This document shows positions 18,337 to 27,372 of a stretch of DNA of 64,000 bases, one piece after another. The position numbers and the translations under genes were made by a program. Source of the stretch: Bacillota bacterium (GTDB taxonomy: Bacteria; Bacillota; Sulfobacillia; JAJYWN01; JAJZPE01). The notes beneath the pieces are model-generated. The model made no database searches and was not told the origin of the DNA. It saw nothing but the letters and a program-made list of their open reading frames with translations. Position 1 is the stretch's first letter; each line of letters opens with the position of its first letter. The stretch lies in the NCBI GenBank assembly GCA_036504675.1, contig DASXUT010000035.1, positions 7,277 to 71,276 on the forward strand. The letters are read 5' to 3'.

Positions 18337-19095
18337 CTACTGCTTCCCCTGACCGAGAAGCTGACCCTGGTCGTTGACGGGAGCGGCCTTCAGGATGACG
18401 ATGTCGACCCGCCGGTTCTTGGCCCGGTTGGCCTCGGTGGAATTGGGGACGACCGGCCGGTACTCGCCATAGCCGACGACGAAGAAGCGCGAGGCCGGAA
18501 AGTTCTTTTGATCTACCAAGTAGTGGACGACGTTGGTCGCCCGGCGGGCCGAGAGCTCCCAGTTCGAGGGGAAGTCGTGGGTGCTGATGGGCAGGTTGTC
18601 GGTGTATCCTTCGACGCTCACGTAGTTCGGGACCTGGGCGACGAAGGGCGCCAACTTGTCGATGATGACTTTGGCTTCACGGATGATCTCGGCGTCTCCG
18701 GGGTTGAAGAGGACGGCCCCGAGGCTGATGGTCAGGCCTCGGTCGCCGTAGTAGATGGAGACCGAGCCCTCGCCGCCTTCGGCTTGGGTCGCCTGGGCCA
18801 TCGCGTTGCCCAGGTCTTCGAGGACATCGCCGGTCTCTCCGACCGGTATGGCCCCCCCGCCCATGCCGAGGCCCGGGCCGGGCGTCCCGGACATCCCGCC
18901 GGAAAAGAACGAGGCCCGCAGGGATCCGGCCAGGGTCTTGAATTTCTGGGCGTCGACCATCGACATGGAGTACATGACGACGAAGAACACCATCAGCAGG
19001 GTGATCAGATCAGAATAGGTCAGGAGCCAGCGCATCCCGCCGGCTCCGTCATGACCGCCGCCCCCATGCCCTTCGCCCTGGCCCTTCCTACTCAC
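18337..19095 (-). CDS. motB: flagellar motor stator protein MotB (OmpA-like C-terminal domain)
   Basis: Has the TM plug region WLLTYSDLITLLMVFF and an OmpA-like C-terminus (VSVEGYTDNLPIST...NWELSARRATNVVHYL...NRRVDIVI). There is an 8-bp overlap with motA. Confidence 0.85.
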   Translation of the reverse strand: MSRKGQGEGHGGGGHDGAGGMRWLLTYSDLITLLMVFFVVMYSMSMVDAQKFKTLAGSLRASFFSGGMSGTPGPGLGMGGGAIPVGETGDVLEDLGNAMAQATQAEGGEGSVSIYYGDRGLTISLGAVLFNPGDAEIIREAKVIIDKLAPFVAQVPNYVSVEGYTDNLPISTHDFPSNWELSARRATNVVHYLVDQKNFPASRFFVVGYGEYRPVVPNSTEANRAKNRRVDIVILKAAPVNDQGQLLGQGKQ

Positions 19096-19888
19096 CCGGA
19101 CCGCCGCCTTTCTCTTTGTCTTGCTCCTTGGCCGCCTGTTGGAGCTTCGGCGGGAGGAAGACCTCGAGCTTCTCGCGGACGATCCGCGGGTTCTCGCCGG
19201 CCTGGATGGAGAGGATGCCTTCGAGGATCATTTCCTTGATGAGCAGTTCGACCTTGCTCTTCAGCTTCAGCTTGTTGCCGAGGGGCAGCCAGAGCAGGTT
19301 GGCCGTGCCGATGCCGTAGAAGGTGGCCAGGAAGGCCACGGCGATACCCTTGGACAGCGCGGCTGAGTCCTCGATGTTGCCGAGGACAGTGATCAGCCCG
19401 ACGACGGTGCCGATGATCCCCATCGTCGGGGCGAAACCGCCGGCCGTCTCGAACATGCTGGCGGCGGTATTGTGGCGCTTTTCGAGGAAGACGATCTCCG
19501 TCTCGAGGATGTTCCGGACGAGCTCAGGGTCGGCCCCGTCGATGACCAGGTTCATCCCCCGGACGAGGAACTTGTCCTGGGTGTCCTTGATGAACTCCTG
19601 AAGGATCAGCAGACCCTCGCGGCGGGCCTTCTCGGCGAACTCGACGAGGAGGTCGATGAACTTCAGGGGGTCGGTGTCCTGTTTCTTGAAGGCCAGGGTC
19701 ATGACCTTCGGCAGGGCGGCCACGTCCTCCATGGAGTAGGAAATGATCGTGGCCCCGAGGGTTCCCCCGATGACCAGGATGAAGGCCGAAGGCGCCAGGA
19801 GCGACCTCAGGTTGGTGCCTTCGATGATCGACGACACCAGCAGGGCGCCCCAGGCTCCCACTAGGCCGATTACGGTGGCAAGGTCCAC
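19088..19888 (-). CDS. motA: flagellar motor stator protein MotA
   Basis: 266 aa with four TM segments and the conserved MotA/TolQ/ExbB core (IIGTVVGLITVLGNIEDS...AFLATFYGIGTANLLWLPLGNKLK). GTG start with a CAGGGGG RBS. Confidence 0.85.
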   Translation of the reverse strand: MDLATVIGLVGAWGALLVSSIIEGTNLRSLLAPSAFILVIGGTLGATIISYSMEDVAALPKVMTLAFKKQDTDPLKFIDLLVEFAEKARREGLLILQEFIKDTQDKFLVRGMNLVIDGADPELVRNILETEIVFLEKRHNTAASMFETAGGFAPTMGIIGTVVGLITVLGNIEDSAALSKGIAVAFLATFYGIGTANLLWLPLGNKLKLKSKVELLIKEMILEGILSIQAGENPRIVREKLEVFLPPKLQQAAKEQDKEKGGGPGE

Positions 19889-19900
19889 GGCTTAACCCCC

Positions 19901-19940
19901 TGAAAAGTAAGAGCCTTCCGCACATATTGTCGGAAGGCTC
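19901..19940 (-). terminator. rho-independent terminator downstream of rpsR
   Basis: Perfect 10-bp stem GAGCCTTCCG/CGGAAGGCTC with a 10-nt loop, followed on the minus strand by TTACTTTTCA. It ends only about 12 bp before the motA start. Confidence 0.5.
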
Positions 19941-19998
19941 GAGACGATACTTTAGCCGTTATGTAACCCTGCCGCCCGGGCGGCTCGCGCCCAGCCCC

Positions 19999-20400
19999 TT
20001 ATTCCTGGGTGAAGGGCAAAAGGGCGATGTTCCTAGCCCGCTTGATCGCCATCGTCAGCTGGCGCTGATGCTTGGCGCAGTTGCCGGAAATCCGGCGGGG
20101 AAGGATCTTGCCCCGCTCCGACAGGTACCGGCGCAGCCTGGGCACATCCTTGTAGTCGATGTCCTTGATCTTGTCCACGCAAAAACTGCAGACGCGGCGC
20201 TTTGGCCGGCGACCCTTCTCTCGGCGAGGCCGGGACTCGCGACGCGGACCACGGTCACCGGGGCCCCCAGGGCCACGGTCGGACGGGCCACGATCGCCGT
20301 ATGGTCCCCTCGGGCCGGCCGGTGCCGGGCCGGTGGGGCCGGGAGCACTCGCCGGAGCGGGAACCGGGCCGGTTGGGACGGCGCCCTCAAGTTTCTCCAT
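19999..20400 (-). CDS. rpsR: 30S ribosomal protein S18 with an about 55-aa Pro/Gly/Arg-rich N-terminal extension
   Basis: The conserved core is [66 protein letters not shown] at 20400 has a strong GAGGTGAG RBS 6 nt upstream inside the ssb 3' end. The extension ([45 protein letters not shown]) is in frame. Confidence 0.85.
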   Translation of the reverse strand: MEKLEGAVPTGPVPAPASAPGPTGPAPAGPRGPYGDRGPSDRGPGGPGDRGPRRESRPRREKGRRPKRRVCSFCVDKIKDIDYKDVPRLRRYLSERGKILPRRISGNCAKHQRQLTMAIKRARNIALLPFTQE

Positions 20401-20411
20401 GTATGCTCACC

Positions 20412-20822
20412 TCAAAATGGGATGTCATCTTCGGAAACCTTGACCTCATCGCCGATGTCATCGGCGGAGCCGGTTGAAGGTGCGGGGGCGGGCGCGGACT
20501 CTTTCGGACGATCGAGGAAGTGGAAGTTGTCGGCGACGACCTCAGCGGCCCGCCTCTTTTGACCGTCCTGGGTCTGGTAGGAGCGGACTTGGAGGCGCCC
20601 CTCGATGGCCACCAGCCGGCCCTTGGAAAGGTGCTGGGCACAGTTCTCGGCGAGCTTCCTCCAGGTCACGATGTCGATGAAATCGGTCTCTCGCTGGCCG
20701 GATTGGCTGGTAAAGGGCCGGTCGACGGCCAGTGTGAAAGTGGCCACCGGCACCCCGTTCGGCGTGTACCGGAGCTCGGGTTCTTTCACCAAGCGTCCAA
20801 TTAGGACGATCCGGTTCAACAA
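20412..20822 (-). CDS. ssb: single-stranded DNA-binding protein
   Basis: OB-fold N-terminus NRIVLIGRLVKEPELRYTPNGVPVATFTLAV and an acidic C-terminal tip DDIPF. Confidence 0.9.
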   Translation of the reverse strand: MLNRIVLIGRLVKEPELRYTPNGVPVATFTLAVDRPFTSQSGQRETDFIDIVTWRKLAENCAQHLSKGRLVAIEGRLQVRSYQTQDGQKRRAAEVVADNFHFLDRPKESAPAPAPSTGSADDIGDEVKVSEDDIPF

Positions 20823-20842
20823 GGCGTGTCCACCACCTGAGT

Positions 20843-21130
20843 CTAGGTCTCCTGGCGGATGATCAAGTGCCGGATGACTTCGTCGGTGATCTTGAGGACC
20901 CTCTCCAGTTCCGCGGCGGCTTCGGCCTCACCGTCGAACTGCAGGACCACGTAGAACCCCTCGAAGAGACCTTTGACTTCGTATGCCAGGCGCCGCTTTC
21001 CCCACTTCTCGACCTTGGTCACGGTGGCGCCCTGGGCAGTCAACAGGTTCTGGAACTTCTCGATGACCGCGGTGGTCTTCTCTTCATCAAGCTCGGGTCG
21101 GATCACAAACATGACTTCGTATTTCCTCAT
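20843..21130 (-). CDS. rpsF: 30S ribosomal protein S6
   Basis: [18 protein letters not shown]...RLAYEV. 95 aa with a GGGGGAGGAGG RBS. Confidence 0.9.
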   Translation of the reverse strand: MRKYEVMFVIRPELDEEKTTAVIEKFQNLLTAQGATVTKVEKWGKRRLAYEVKGLFEGFYVVLQFDGEAEAAAELERVLKITDEVIRHLIIRQET

Positions 21131-21235
21131 GGCTCTTCACCTCCTCCCCCTGGACTTAACGGCCCCATACGGTGTGGTATGGAGCGGGGCAGCCATGCGG
21201 GTCTAATTATATCACCGGGCTTCGGCCAAACGCAA
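21131..21235 (-). promoter_or_regulatory. rpsF-ssb-rpsR promoter (TTGCGT-18-TATAAT) plus structured 5' leader (possible S6:S18 autoregulatory element)
   Basis: The minus strand carries -35 TTGCGT (21230-21235), an 18-nt spacer, and -10 TATAAT (21206-21211). The about 70-nt leader contains the hairpin GCCCC..CCATAC-GGTGTG-GTATGG..GGGGC ahead of the S6 RBS. Confidence 0.4.
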
Positions 21236-21315
21236 GAACGACGTGAAGAAGCTGGTTTTTCCGGGCGAGGCCGTCGACCCGCAGCCGCTGACGCGGGCAT
21301 TTCCGCGACGCCGAA

Positions 21316-22413
21316 TCACGAGTTGAACCTGAAGCAAAGGGTGTCGCCGTCCTTCACCTTGTACTCCCGTCCCTCGATCCTCAGGTAGCCGGCGTCGCGA
21401 GCGCCGGCCATGGAACCGGCCTTGGCCAGGTCCGACCAGTTCACCACCTCGGCGCGGATGAAGCCCTTCTCCATGGCCGAATGGACCTTTCCCGCGGCCG
21501 CGGGGGCCGGAGTGCCCTTGGGGACGGTCCAGGCATGCAGTTCGTTGTCGTTGACGGTGAAGAACGTCACCAGGTTCAGAAGATCGAAGCTCTTTTTGAC
21601 CACGGCGGGCAGGGCGGAGCCGGCCCAGCCAAGCTCGTTCAGAAAGACCTGTTGGTCCTCCGGGCCGAGCTCGGCCACTTCTGCCTCCAGTTTGGCCGGC
21701 ACGGCGACGGCCGGGTCGCGACGGCGCCCGGCATGGTCCAGGACGGCCTGGAGCAAGGGGTCCGCGGCAGGGTCATGGGCCTTCTCGGAAACGTTGACGG
21801 CAAAGAGCACGGGCTTGGCGGTGAGCAGGAAGAGCTCGCGGACGAGATCGCGGAGTCCGGGGTCGGCCGCTGCCCCCCGGGCGGAGAGGCCCCGCGCCAA
21901 GGCCTCGCGGATTCTCCGGAGGAGGGCGAGTTCGTCCAGGGGGCGCCGGTCGCCCGTCTTCAGCTTTCGCTCGGTCTTCTCCCGTCGCTTGTCGACGGTG
22001 TCCAGGTCGGCCAGGAGCAGCTCGGCGTCCACCGTCTCGATGTCCCTGACCGGATCGAGCACGGTGTCGACGTGGGGCACTTGGGGATCGTCGAAAGCCC
22101 GGACGACGTGAAGGATGGCGTCCACCTCGCGGATGTGGGCCAGGAACTGGTTCCCCAAGCCTTCTCCGTGGCTGGCCCCCTTGACCAACCCGGCGATGTC
22201 GACGAACTGAATCGCGGCTGGGACGACTTTCTTCGGGCGGGTGGCCCTGACGACGGCGGCGAGCCGTTCATCGGCGATCTCCATGACCCCCGTGTTCGGC
22301 TCGATGGTGCAGAACGGGTAAGGGGCAGTCTGGGCCCCGGCTCTGGTCAGGGCGTTGAAGAGAGTCGATTTGCCCGAGTTCGGCAACCCGACGAGTCCGC
22401 ACTGGAAGGCCAT
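21316..22413 (-). CDS. ychF: redox-regulated ribosome-binding ATPase YchF
   Basis: Obg-family G-domain [18 protein letters not shown] and a TGS C-terminal domain. In track ORF 21316..22653 the first 80 aa are junk, so the internal ATG at 22413 with a GGGAGGTG RBS about 9 nt upstream is preferred. Confidence 0.9.
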   Translation of the reverse strand: MAFQCGLVGLPNSGKSTLFNALTRAGAQTAPYPFCTIEPNTGVMEIADERLAAVVRATRPKKVVPAAIQFVDIAGLVKGASHGEGLGNQFLAHIREVDAILHVVRAFDDPQVPHVDTVLDPVRDIETVDAELLLADLDTVDKRREKTERKLKTGDRRPLDELALLRRIREALARGLSARGAAADPGLRDLVRELFLLTAKPVLFAVNVSEKAHDPAADPLLQAVLDHAGRRRDPAVAVPAKLEAEVAELGPEDQQVFLNELGWAGSALPAVVKKSFDLLNLVTFFTVNDNELHAWTVPKGTPAPAAAGKVHSAMEKGFIRAEVVNWSDLAKAGSMAGARDAGYLRIEGREYKVKDGDTLCFRFNS

Positions 22414-22558
22414 GGTGATGACCACCTCCCACCCAGAAGTATAGCAGAAAGGCCGCCCGAAACATACTTGCGGGCGGCCTCGGGGGACCGGTGGGGGCCG
22501 TAGGGGCGGCGCCGTCGAGCGGGGGACAGTGGCACGGGGGCAGCGGAGCCAAGTCGGG

Positions 22559-25500
22559 TCATTGCCCGGCCGCCACCGATGGTCTCTTGGCTTGCTTTCC
22601 CTCATACATCCGCTCATCGGCGCGGGCCACCAGTTCGGCCGGCCGGGCTCCATCGTCCGGGAAGATGGCCACGCCGACCGTCACCCCGGGGAGCCTGAAT
22701 TCTCGTTCCTGCAGGCTGATGGAACGGTCGGCGACGGTCGCCGCCAGGCGCTCGGCGGCCTGCCTGGCCTCGTTGGCGCCGGTCCTGGGGAGGATGACGG
22801 CAAACTCGTCCCCTCCATACCTGGCAACGGTGTCGGTCGCGCGAAAGCTCTCATCGAGTGCCCTGGCCAGCGCCACCAGGGCCTTGTCGCCTGCGAGGTG
22901 GCCGTAGACGTCGTTGATCAGCTTGAGGCTGTCGACGTCGATGAGGATTATCGCCAGAGGGGCCATGTCTTTGGCCGATCGTGAGATTTCCTCCTCCAGG
23001 CGTCGGTAGAAGTAGGAGTGGTTGTACGTTCCGGTGAGGCCGTCGTGGATGGCGGCGTGGGCTACCTGTTCGTGGTAGCGGGCCACCTCGATGGCGATGG
23101 AAATCTGCCCGGCCACCGCGCTGACCAGGTAAAGGTCTTCTCGGGAAAAGGCGTTCAGCGGCTCCGATTCAATGTCGAGGACACCGATGGTCCGCCCTTC
23201 GGCGACTAGCGGCACGGCCAGTTCGGAGAGCATCCGGCGGGCCGGGCTCGGGTAATAGCGGGGATCTGAGCGGACGTCGCCGACCACCTGGGGCAGGCCA
23301 TGCTGGGCGACCCATCCGGTGAGCCCCTGCCCCTTGAGGATGTGGGGCCGCTCCGGCCCGGTCGGCAGCCCGACCGAGGCCTTGGCGACCAGGTCTCCGG
23401 TTTCCTCGTCGACCAAGAAGAGGGTATACAGGTTGGGCCCCATCGCGTCGTAGAGGATGCTGAGGATGCGGTGCATCAGATGGGACGGGTTCAGGAGGGA
23501 CCTGGTCTCGAGGGAAATCTGGTAGAGAATCCCCAGTTCCTTCCCGTGGACCGGGAGGATCCGCCCGATGGTCGTCTCGGGCTTGGGTGGGCCAGCCTCC
23601 AGCGGGCCCCTGCCCCCGGGTCGCTCAAGGACGGCATAGGCCGGATCGCGCTCCTCTTGTAGACGTCTCAAGTGGGTCACGAGGTGATCCACTACCGTCG
23701 GGTCGAATTGGGTCCCCCGGCCGGCCTGAAGCCTGGTGATGGCCTCTTCCGGGCGGAGTCCCAGGCGGTACGGCCGGTCAGTGGTCATCGCGTCGAAGGA
23801 GTCGGCGACGGCAAGAATGCGCGAACCAAGCGGGATGGCCTCCCCGGAGATTCCGTCCGGGTACCCCCCACCGGCCCACCATTCATGGTGATGCTTGACC
23901 AGCGGGACGATCTCTCGAAACTGGGCCACTTGCTGCAGGATGTTGGCCCCCTTGACCGGATGTTCCATCACTTGCGCCCGTTCGAGGGGATCCAACGCGC
24001 CCTTCTTCTTGAGGACGGTATCCTCGAGCCCGATCTTCCCGATGTCGTGGAGGACGCCGGCGTATTCGATGGTCGGCAGGGTCTCCGCCGGCAGGTTCAT
24101 CTCCCTGGCGATCATCAGGGCGTAATGGGAGACGCGGGACGAATGGGCTCGGGTGCGGTGGTCCCGGGCGTCGACCGCCTCAGCCAGGGTCTTGATGGCC
24201 GCCATGTAGAGGTCACGTTCGCGCTTGAAGACGGTCGCGTTATGGATGGCAATGGCCAGCTGTCTTGAGAGGGTACCGATGGCGTCGACCTCGTCCTCGA
24301 TGAAGGCCCCCGGGGTCCTGGACTCAAGGTCCAGGACGCCGAGGACGTCGTCGCCGACCTTGAGAGGAAGGCACATGCGGGCCCTGGAGGCCAGGCCGGC
24401 CACCGAGGCTTGGACCGGGTCCTGACCGACATCATTGGCCACCAGGGGCTGTCCATTGCGGGCCACCCACCCGGCCATTCCTACATTGACGCTCTGGGTG
24501 AAGCCGTCCGGGACGTCCTTGGCCATCGTCCCGGCCTGGGCATAGAGTCTGAGTTCCTCACTTTCCCGGTCATGCAGGAAGACGGCGGAATAGTCGTGGC
24601 CCAGGTCCTTGGTGAGGAAGACGACGACCTCATTGAGCAAGGTCGGCAGGTCGAGAATGGCGGTGAGGTGATGGCTGGCGCGGCCGATGGCCGTCAACTC
24701 GCTGACCTTTCGTTCCAGCCGGCGGGTCAGCCGGCTCTCCTGGATGGCCGAGGCCAACTGTCCGGCGAGGCCTTTGACCAGCTGCTCGTGTTTCTCGCTG
24801 AATTCCGCCGGCCCGGAGTAGCCGATCAGCAGGGCGCCCAGCTGGTCTTCCCCGCTGCGCATGAGCCCGACGATGGCGCTTCTGACCCGGAACTGCCCCT
24901 GGAAGCAACGAGACAAGCCGGTAAGCTTGGCGGCGTCCTCGATGAAGACGACTTCGTCGGTCCCCGCCGAGCCGGCCAGGGTGGCGAAGTCTGCCGCGAT
25001 CTCGGAGAGGGGTTCCACCCCGGTCACCTCGACCTCACCGCCGGTGCGGGTGGCCCGCATGATTGTCCTTGGCGTCCGGTGGCCGGGCTCGTGGACACAG
25101 ACGGCCATGCCGTCGTATCCCAAGACCTTGACCATACAGTTGGCGGCGGCTGAGAAGATGGACCGGAGGTCGTCCCGTCTGGCCACCCTCTGGGCGACTT
25201 CAAGAAGGGCCGTCAAGACGTCGGCCTCTTCTCGGAGCTTCGTGTAGAAGCGAACGTTTTCGATCATCCCTGAGACCTGTCCGGCCATTCTTTCGGCGAA
25301 GTCCTGCTCAGCCGGGGTGAAGGGCTGCCTGTGATTCCGCGAAAGGCTGAGTGATCCGAGGAGCCTCCCGCGAAACCCCAGGGGGACGGTGAGGCTGAAG
25401 CAAGCGTCGGCCCCCCAGAGGGCCGCGGCCAATCCCTCATCGGCCGCGGTTTCCGGGGGCGGAACGCTCCGGAGGGTGACGTTCCAGGGCTGGGGCCCGG

Positions 25501-27088
25501 GCCCTTCCGGGCGCGCGCCGGCCAGCTCCAAACCGCCGGTAGCGGTCTCAAGGGCGAGGCACAAGTGATCGAGGGGGACCACCGTACTCAGCTCCGTAGC
25601 CAGCTGGGGTACGAATTCCCCGGGGGTGGTCGAGGTCGCGGCGGCGTGAAGGGTGCGGTTAAGAGCGGCGTTCTGTTCCGCCCGGGCACAGGCTTGTCGG
25701 CGTAGGGTCGCATTGTTGACGGCGACGGCCAGGTGGTCCACGATGGGGGTCAGGAAGCTGATGGTCGTTTCGTCGAAGGCGTTTGGCTTGGCGCTTCCCA
25801 GGTTGAAAGTGCCGAGGCAGGTGTCGCCGAAGATGAGGGGAAGGCAGAGAACGCACCTGAGGTCCGTCTCGAGGAGGGCGCGGTCCCCCACGAACTCATC
25901 GGGATTCGCTTGGAGATCCCGGGAAAGGACCGGGGCCTTGACTTCGACGGCTCGCCCAGTTCTGGTCCCTTCCAGAGAGCCGCCTCCGCGATCGGAGTGG
26001 GCCTGGTCGAGGCGGCCGATGAGGGCCAGCGGCTGGAACGTCTTCCCTTCTTGGTCAACGGTGGCCACGGAAAGCTGGTCGAAAGGGACGTGCTTCCCGA
26101 TGGCCTTTCCCAAGGAACTAAGGACGCTATTGAGGTCGAGGCTGGAACTCAGGGCCAGCGCAGCTTCGCTGGCCGCCCGCAGACGGGCCTGCGCCTCCCG
26201 CTCCCAGGAGATGTCTCGGAGGGCGACCAGCCGGCCGGTGACTTCGCCGGCCCGCGCGTGCAGTGGGGTTGTGAAGACGCTGAGGGTCGCCCCGGCCGGC
26301 CTGACCAGTTCGACCTCTTCCTTCACCGTCCGGCCTGCCTTGGTGTATGCTCCGGTCAGGAGTCTTTCGACTTGGTGCGGATCGGCAGCCCGGCTTCTGA
26401 GAACTTCAAGGATGGGGCCAGGGGCCCTTTGCCCGATCAGTCCCTCGGGGTCGAGCCCGAGGAGGTCGGCGACTCGCTTGTTGGCAATCTGAATGATGTG
26501 CCGGGGGTCGGTCATGATGATTCCGGCATCGGACGATTCCAGAAGGGCTTCCAGCTTCTCGCCCCAGTCCCTGGCGTGGTCGTAGACGGTGACCTGGTCG
26601 ATGACCTGGGCCGCTTCGTCCGCGAAGGCCCTGAGCTCGGGCAGCATTTCCGCGGCAAACGTCCCCGTATGGTCGCTGGCCAGGTCGATGACTCCCAAGA
26701 CGTGGCCGTCCTTGACCAACGGGAGGCAAGCCTGAGACCGCAACCCAGCGGCCACGGATGGGGCTGAGAAGGGGTTCTTGGCGGCGTCATTGGCCATTCG
26801 GAGTCTTCCGTCGGCGACGGCCTGCGCGGCGAGTCGGCTCACCGGGGCCGCCACCCTCCGGACGTGCTTCCGGGCATTGCCGGAAGACCTGCCTGCCGTC
26901 AGGGCCAGGCATTCCTGGCCATGACCGGTAAGGTGGAGGGTCGCCCGCTCGACCGGGAAGGCGGCAAGCATGTCCTCCAGCAGCCGCCCGAGAACTTCGT
27001 CCAGGCCTATTGGGCCGGACCGGCGGCGGGTGGAGGGCTTGGCGCCCGGCTTTTCCGGCCGTGAAAGTCCTGGTTTCGTCCTTGGCAT
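22559..27088 (-). CDS. multidomain c-di-GMP signalling protein: multiple GAF + PAS + HD-GYP phosphodiesterase + GGDEF diguanylate cyclase
   Basis: About 1,509 aa with at least five GAF-like segments and a PAS domain. The HD-GYP domain carries HDIGK...HHEWWAGGGYPDG. The C-terminal GGDEF domain carries GLTGTYNHSYF...RYGGDEFAVILP. Start chosen at ATG 27088 with a GGGAGAAAG RBS; track start 27262 and ATG 27118 are alternatives. Confidence 0.85.
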   Translation of the reverse strand: MPRTKPGLSRPEKPGAKPSTRRRSGPIGLDEVLGRLLEDMLAAFPVERATLHLTGHGQECLALTAGRSSGNARKHVRRVAAPVSRLAAQAVADGRLRMANDAAKNPFSAPSVAAGLRSQACLPLVKDGHVLGVIDLASDHTGTFAAEMLPELRAFADEAAQVIDQVTVYDHARDWGEKLEALLESSDAGIIMTDPRHIIQIANKRVADLLGLDPEGLIGQRAPGPILEVLRSRAADPHQVERLLTGAYTKAGRTVKEEVELVRPAGATLSVFTTPLHARAGEVTGRLVALRDISWEREAQARLRAASEAALALSSSLDLNSVLSSLGKAIGKHVPFDQLSVATVDQEGKTFQPLALIGRLDQAHSDRGGGSLEGTRTGRAVEVKAPVLSRDLQANPDEFVGDRALLETDLRCVLCLPLIFGDTCLGTFNLGSAKPNAFDETTISFLTPIVDHLAVAVNNATLRRQACARAEQNAALNRTLHAAATSTTPGEFVPQLATELSTVVPLDHLCLALETATGGLELAGARPEGPGPQPWNVTLRSVPPPETAADEGLAAALWGADACFSLTVPLGFRGRLLGSLSLSRNHRQPFTPAEQDFAERMAGQVSGMIENVRFYTKLREEADVLTALLEVAQRVARRDDLRSIFSAAANCMVKVLGYDGMAVCVHEPGHRTPRTIMRATRTGGEVEVTGVEPLSEIAADFATLAGSAGTDEVVFIEDAAKLTGLSRCFQGQFRVRSAIVGLMRSGEDQLGALLIGYSGPAEFSEKHEQLVKGLAGQLASAIQESRLTRRLERKVSELTAIGRASHHLTAILDLPTLLNEVVVFLTKDLGHDYSAVFLHDRESEELRLYAQAGTMAKDVPDGFTQSVNVGMAGWVARNGQPLVANDVGQDPVQASVAGLASRARMCLPLKVGDDVLGVLDLESRTPGAFIEDEVDAIGTLSRQLAIAIHNATVFKRERDLYMAAIKTLAEAVDARDHRTRAHSSRVSHYALMIAREMNLPAETLPTIEYAGVLHDIGKIGLEDTVLKKKGALDPLERAQVMEHPVKGANILQQVAQFREIVPLVKHHHEWWAGGGYPDGISGEAIPLGSRILAVADSFDAMTTDRPYRLGLRPEEAITRLQAGRGTQFDPTVVDHLVTHLRRLQEERDPAYAVLERPGGRGPLEAGPPKPETTIGRILPVHGKELGILYQISLETRSLLNPSHLMHRILSILYDAMGPNLYTLFLVDEETGDLVAKASVGLPTGPERPHILKGQGLTGWVAQHGLPQVVGDVRSDPRYYPSPARRMLSELAVPLVAEGRTIGVLDIESEPLNAFSREDLYLVSAVAGQISIAIEVARYHEQVAHAAIHDGLTGTYNHSYFYRRLEEEISRSAKDMAPLAIILIDVDSLKLINDVYGHLAGDKALVALARALDESFRATDTVARYGGDEFAVILPRTGANEARQAAERLAATVADRSISLQEREFRLPGVTVGVAIFPDDGARPAELVARADERMYEGKQAKRPSVAAGQ

Positions 27089-27372
27089 TGCTTTCTCCCT
27101 GCCCGAAAATTGAGTCATCCTTGGCTTAGAGAATATCGGCGTTTCGGCTGTTTCTATTGAGCCGACTGAACGCGGCGCCGGGGTGGGACGGGGCGTCGTG
27201 GTTCGTCGAGCAGCCGTCAACCGCCCTCTGGTTAGCCCGGGTCCAGCGGCCCGCGGTAGCATAAAGCCCCGCCGCGATTGGGCGGGGCCGAGCCATCAAG
27301 AGATTGGAGTCCGCCGCTGGGTCAGCCGGCGGGCTGAAGGTACCGCAAGCCTCCTTCGCCAAAAGGCCGTTC

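Noticed and set aside
25733-26767. 344-aa plus ORF antisense to the GAF/GGDEF gene, and similar ORFs within 22559..27262
   Set aside because: They are antisense shadows of a 4.5-kb gene with clear domain content on the minus strand.
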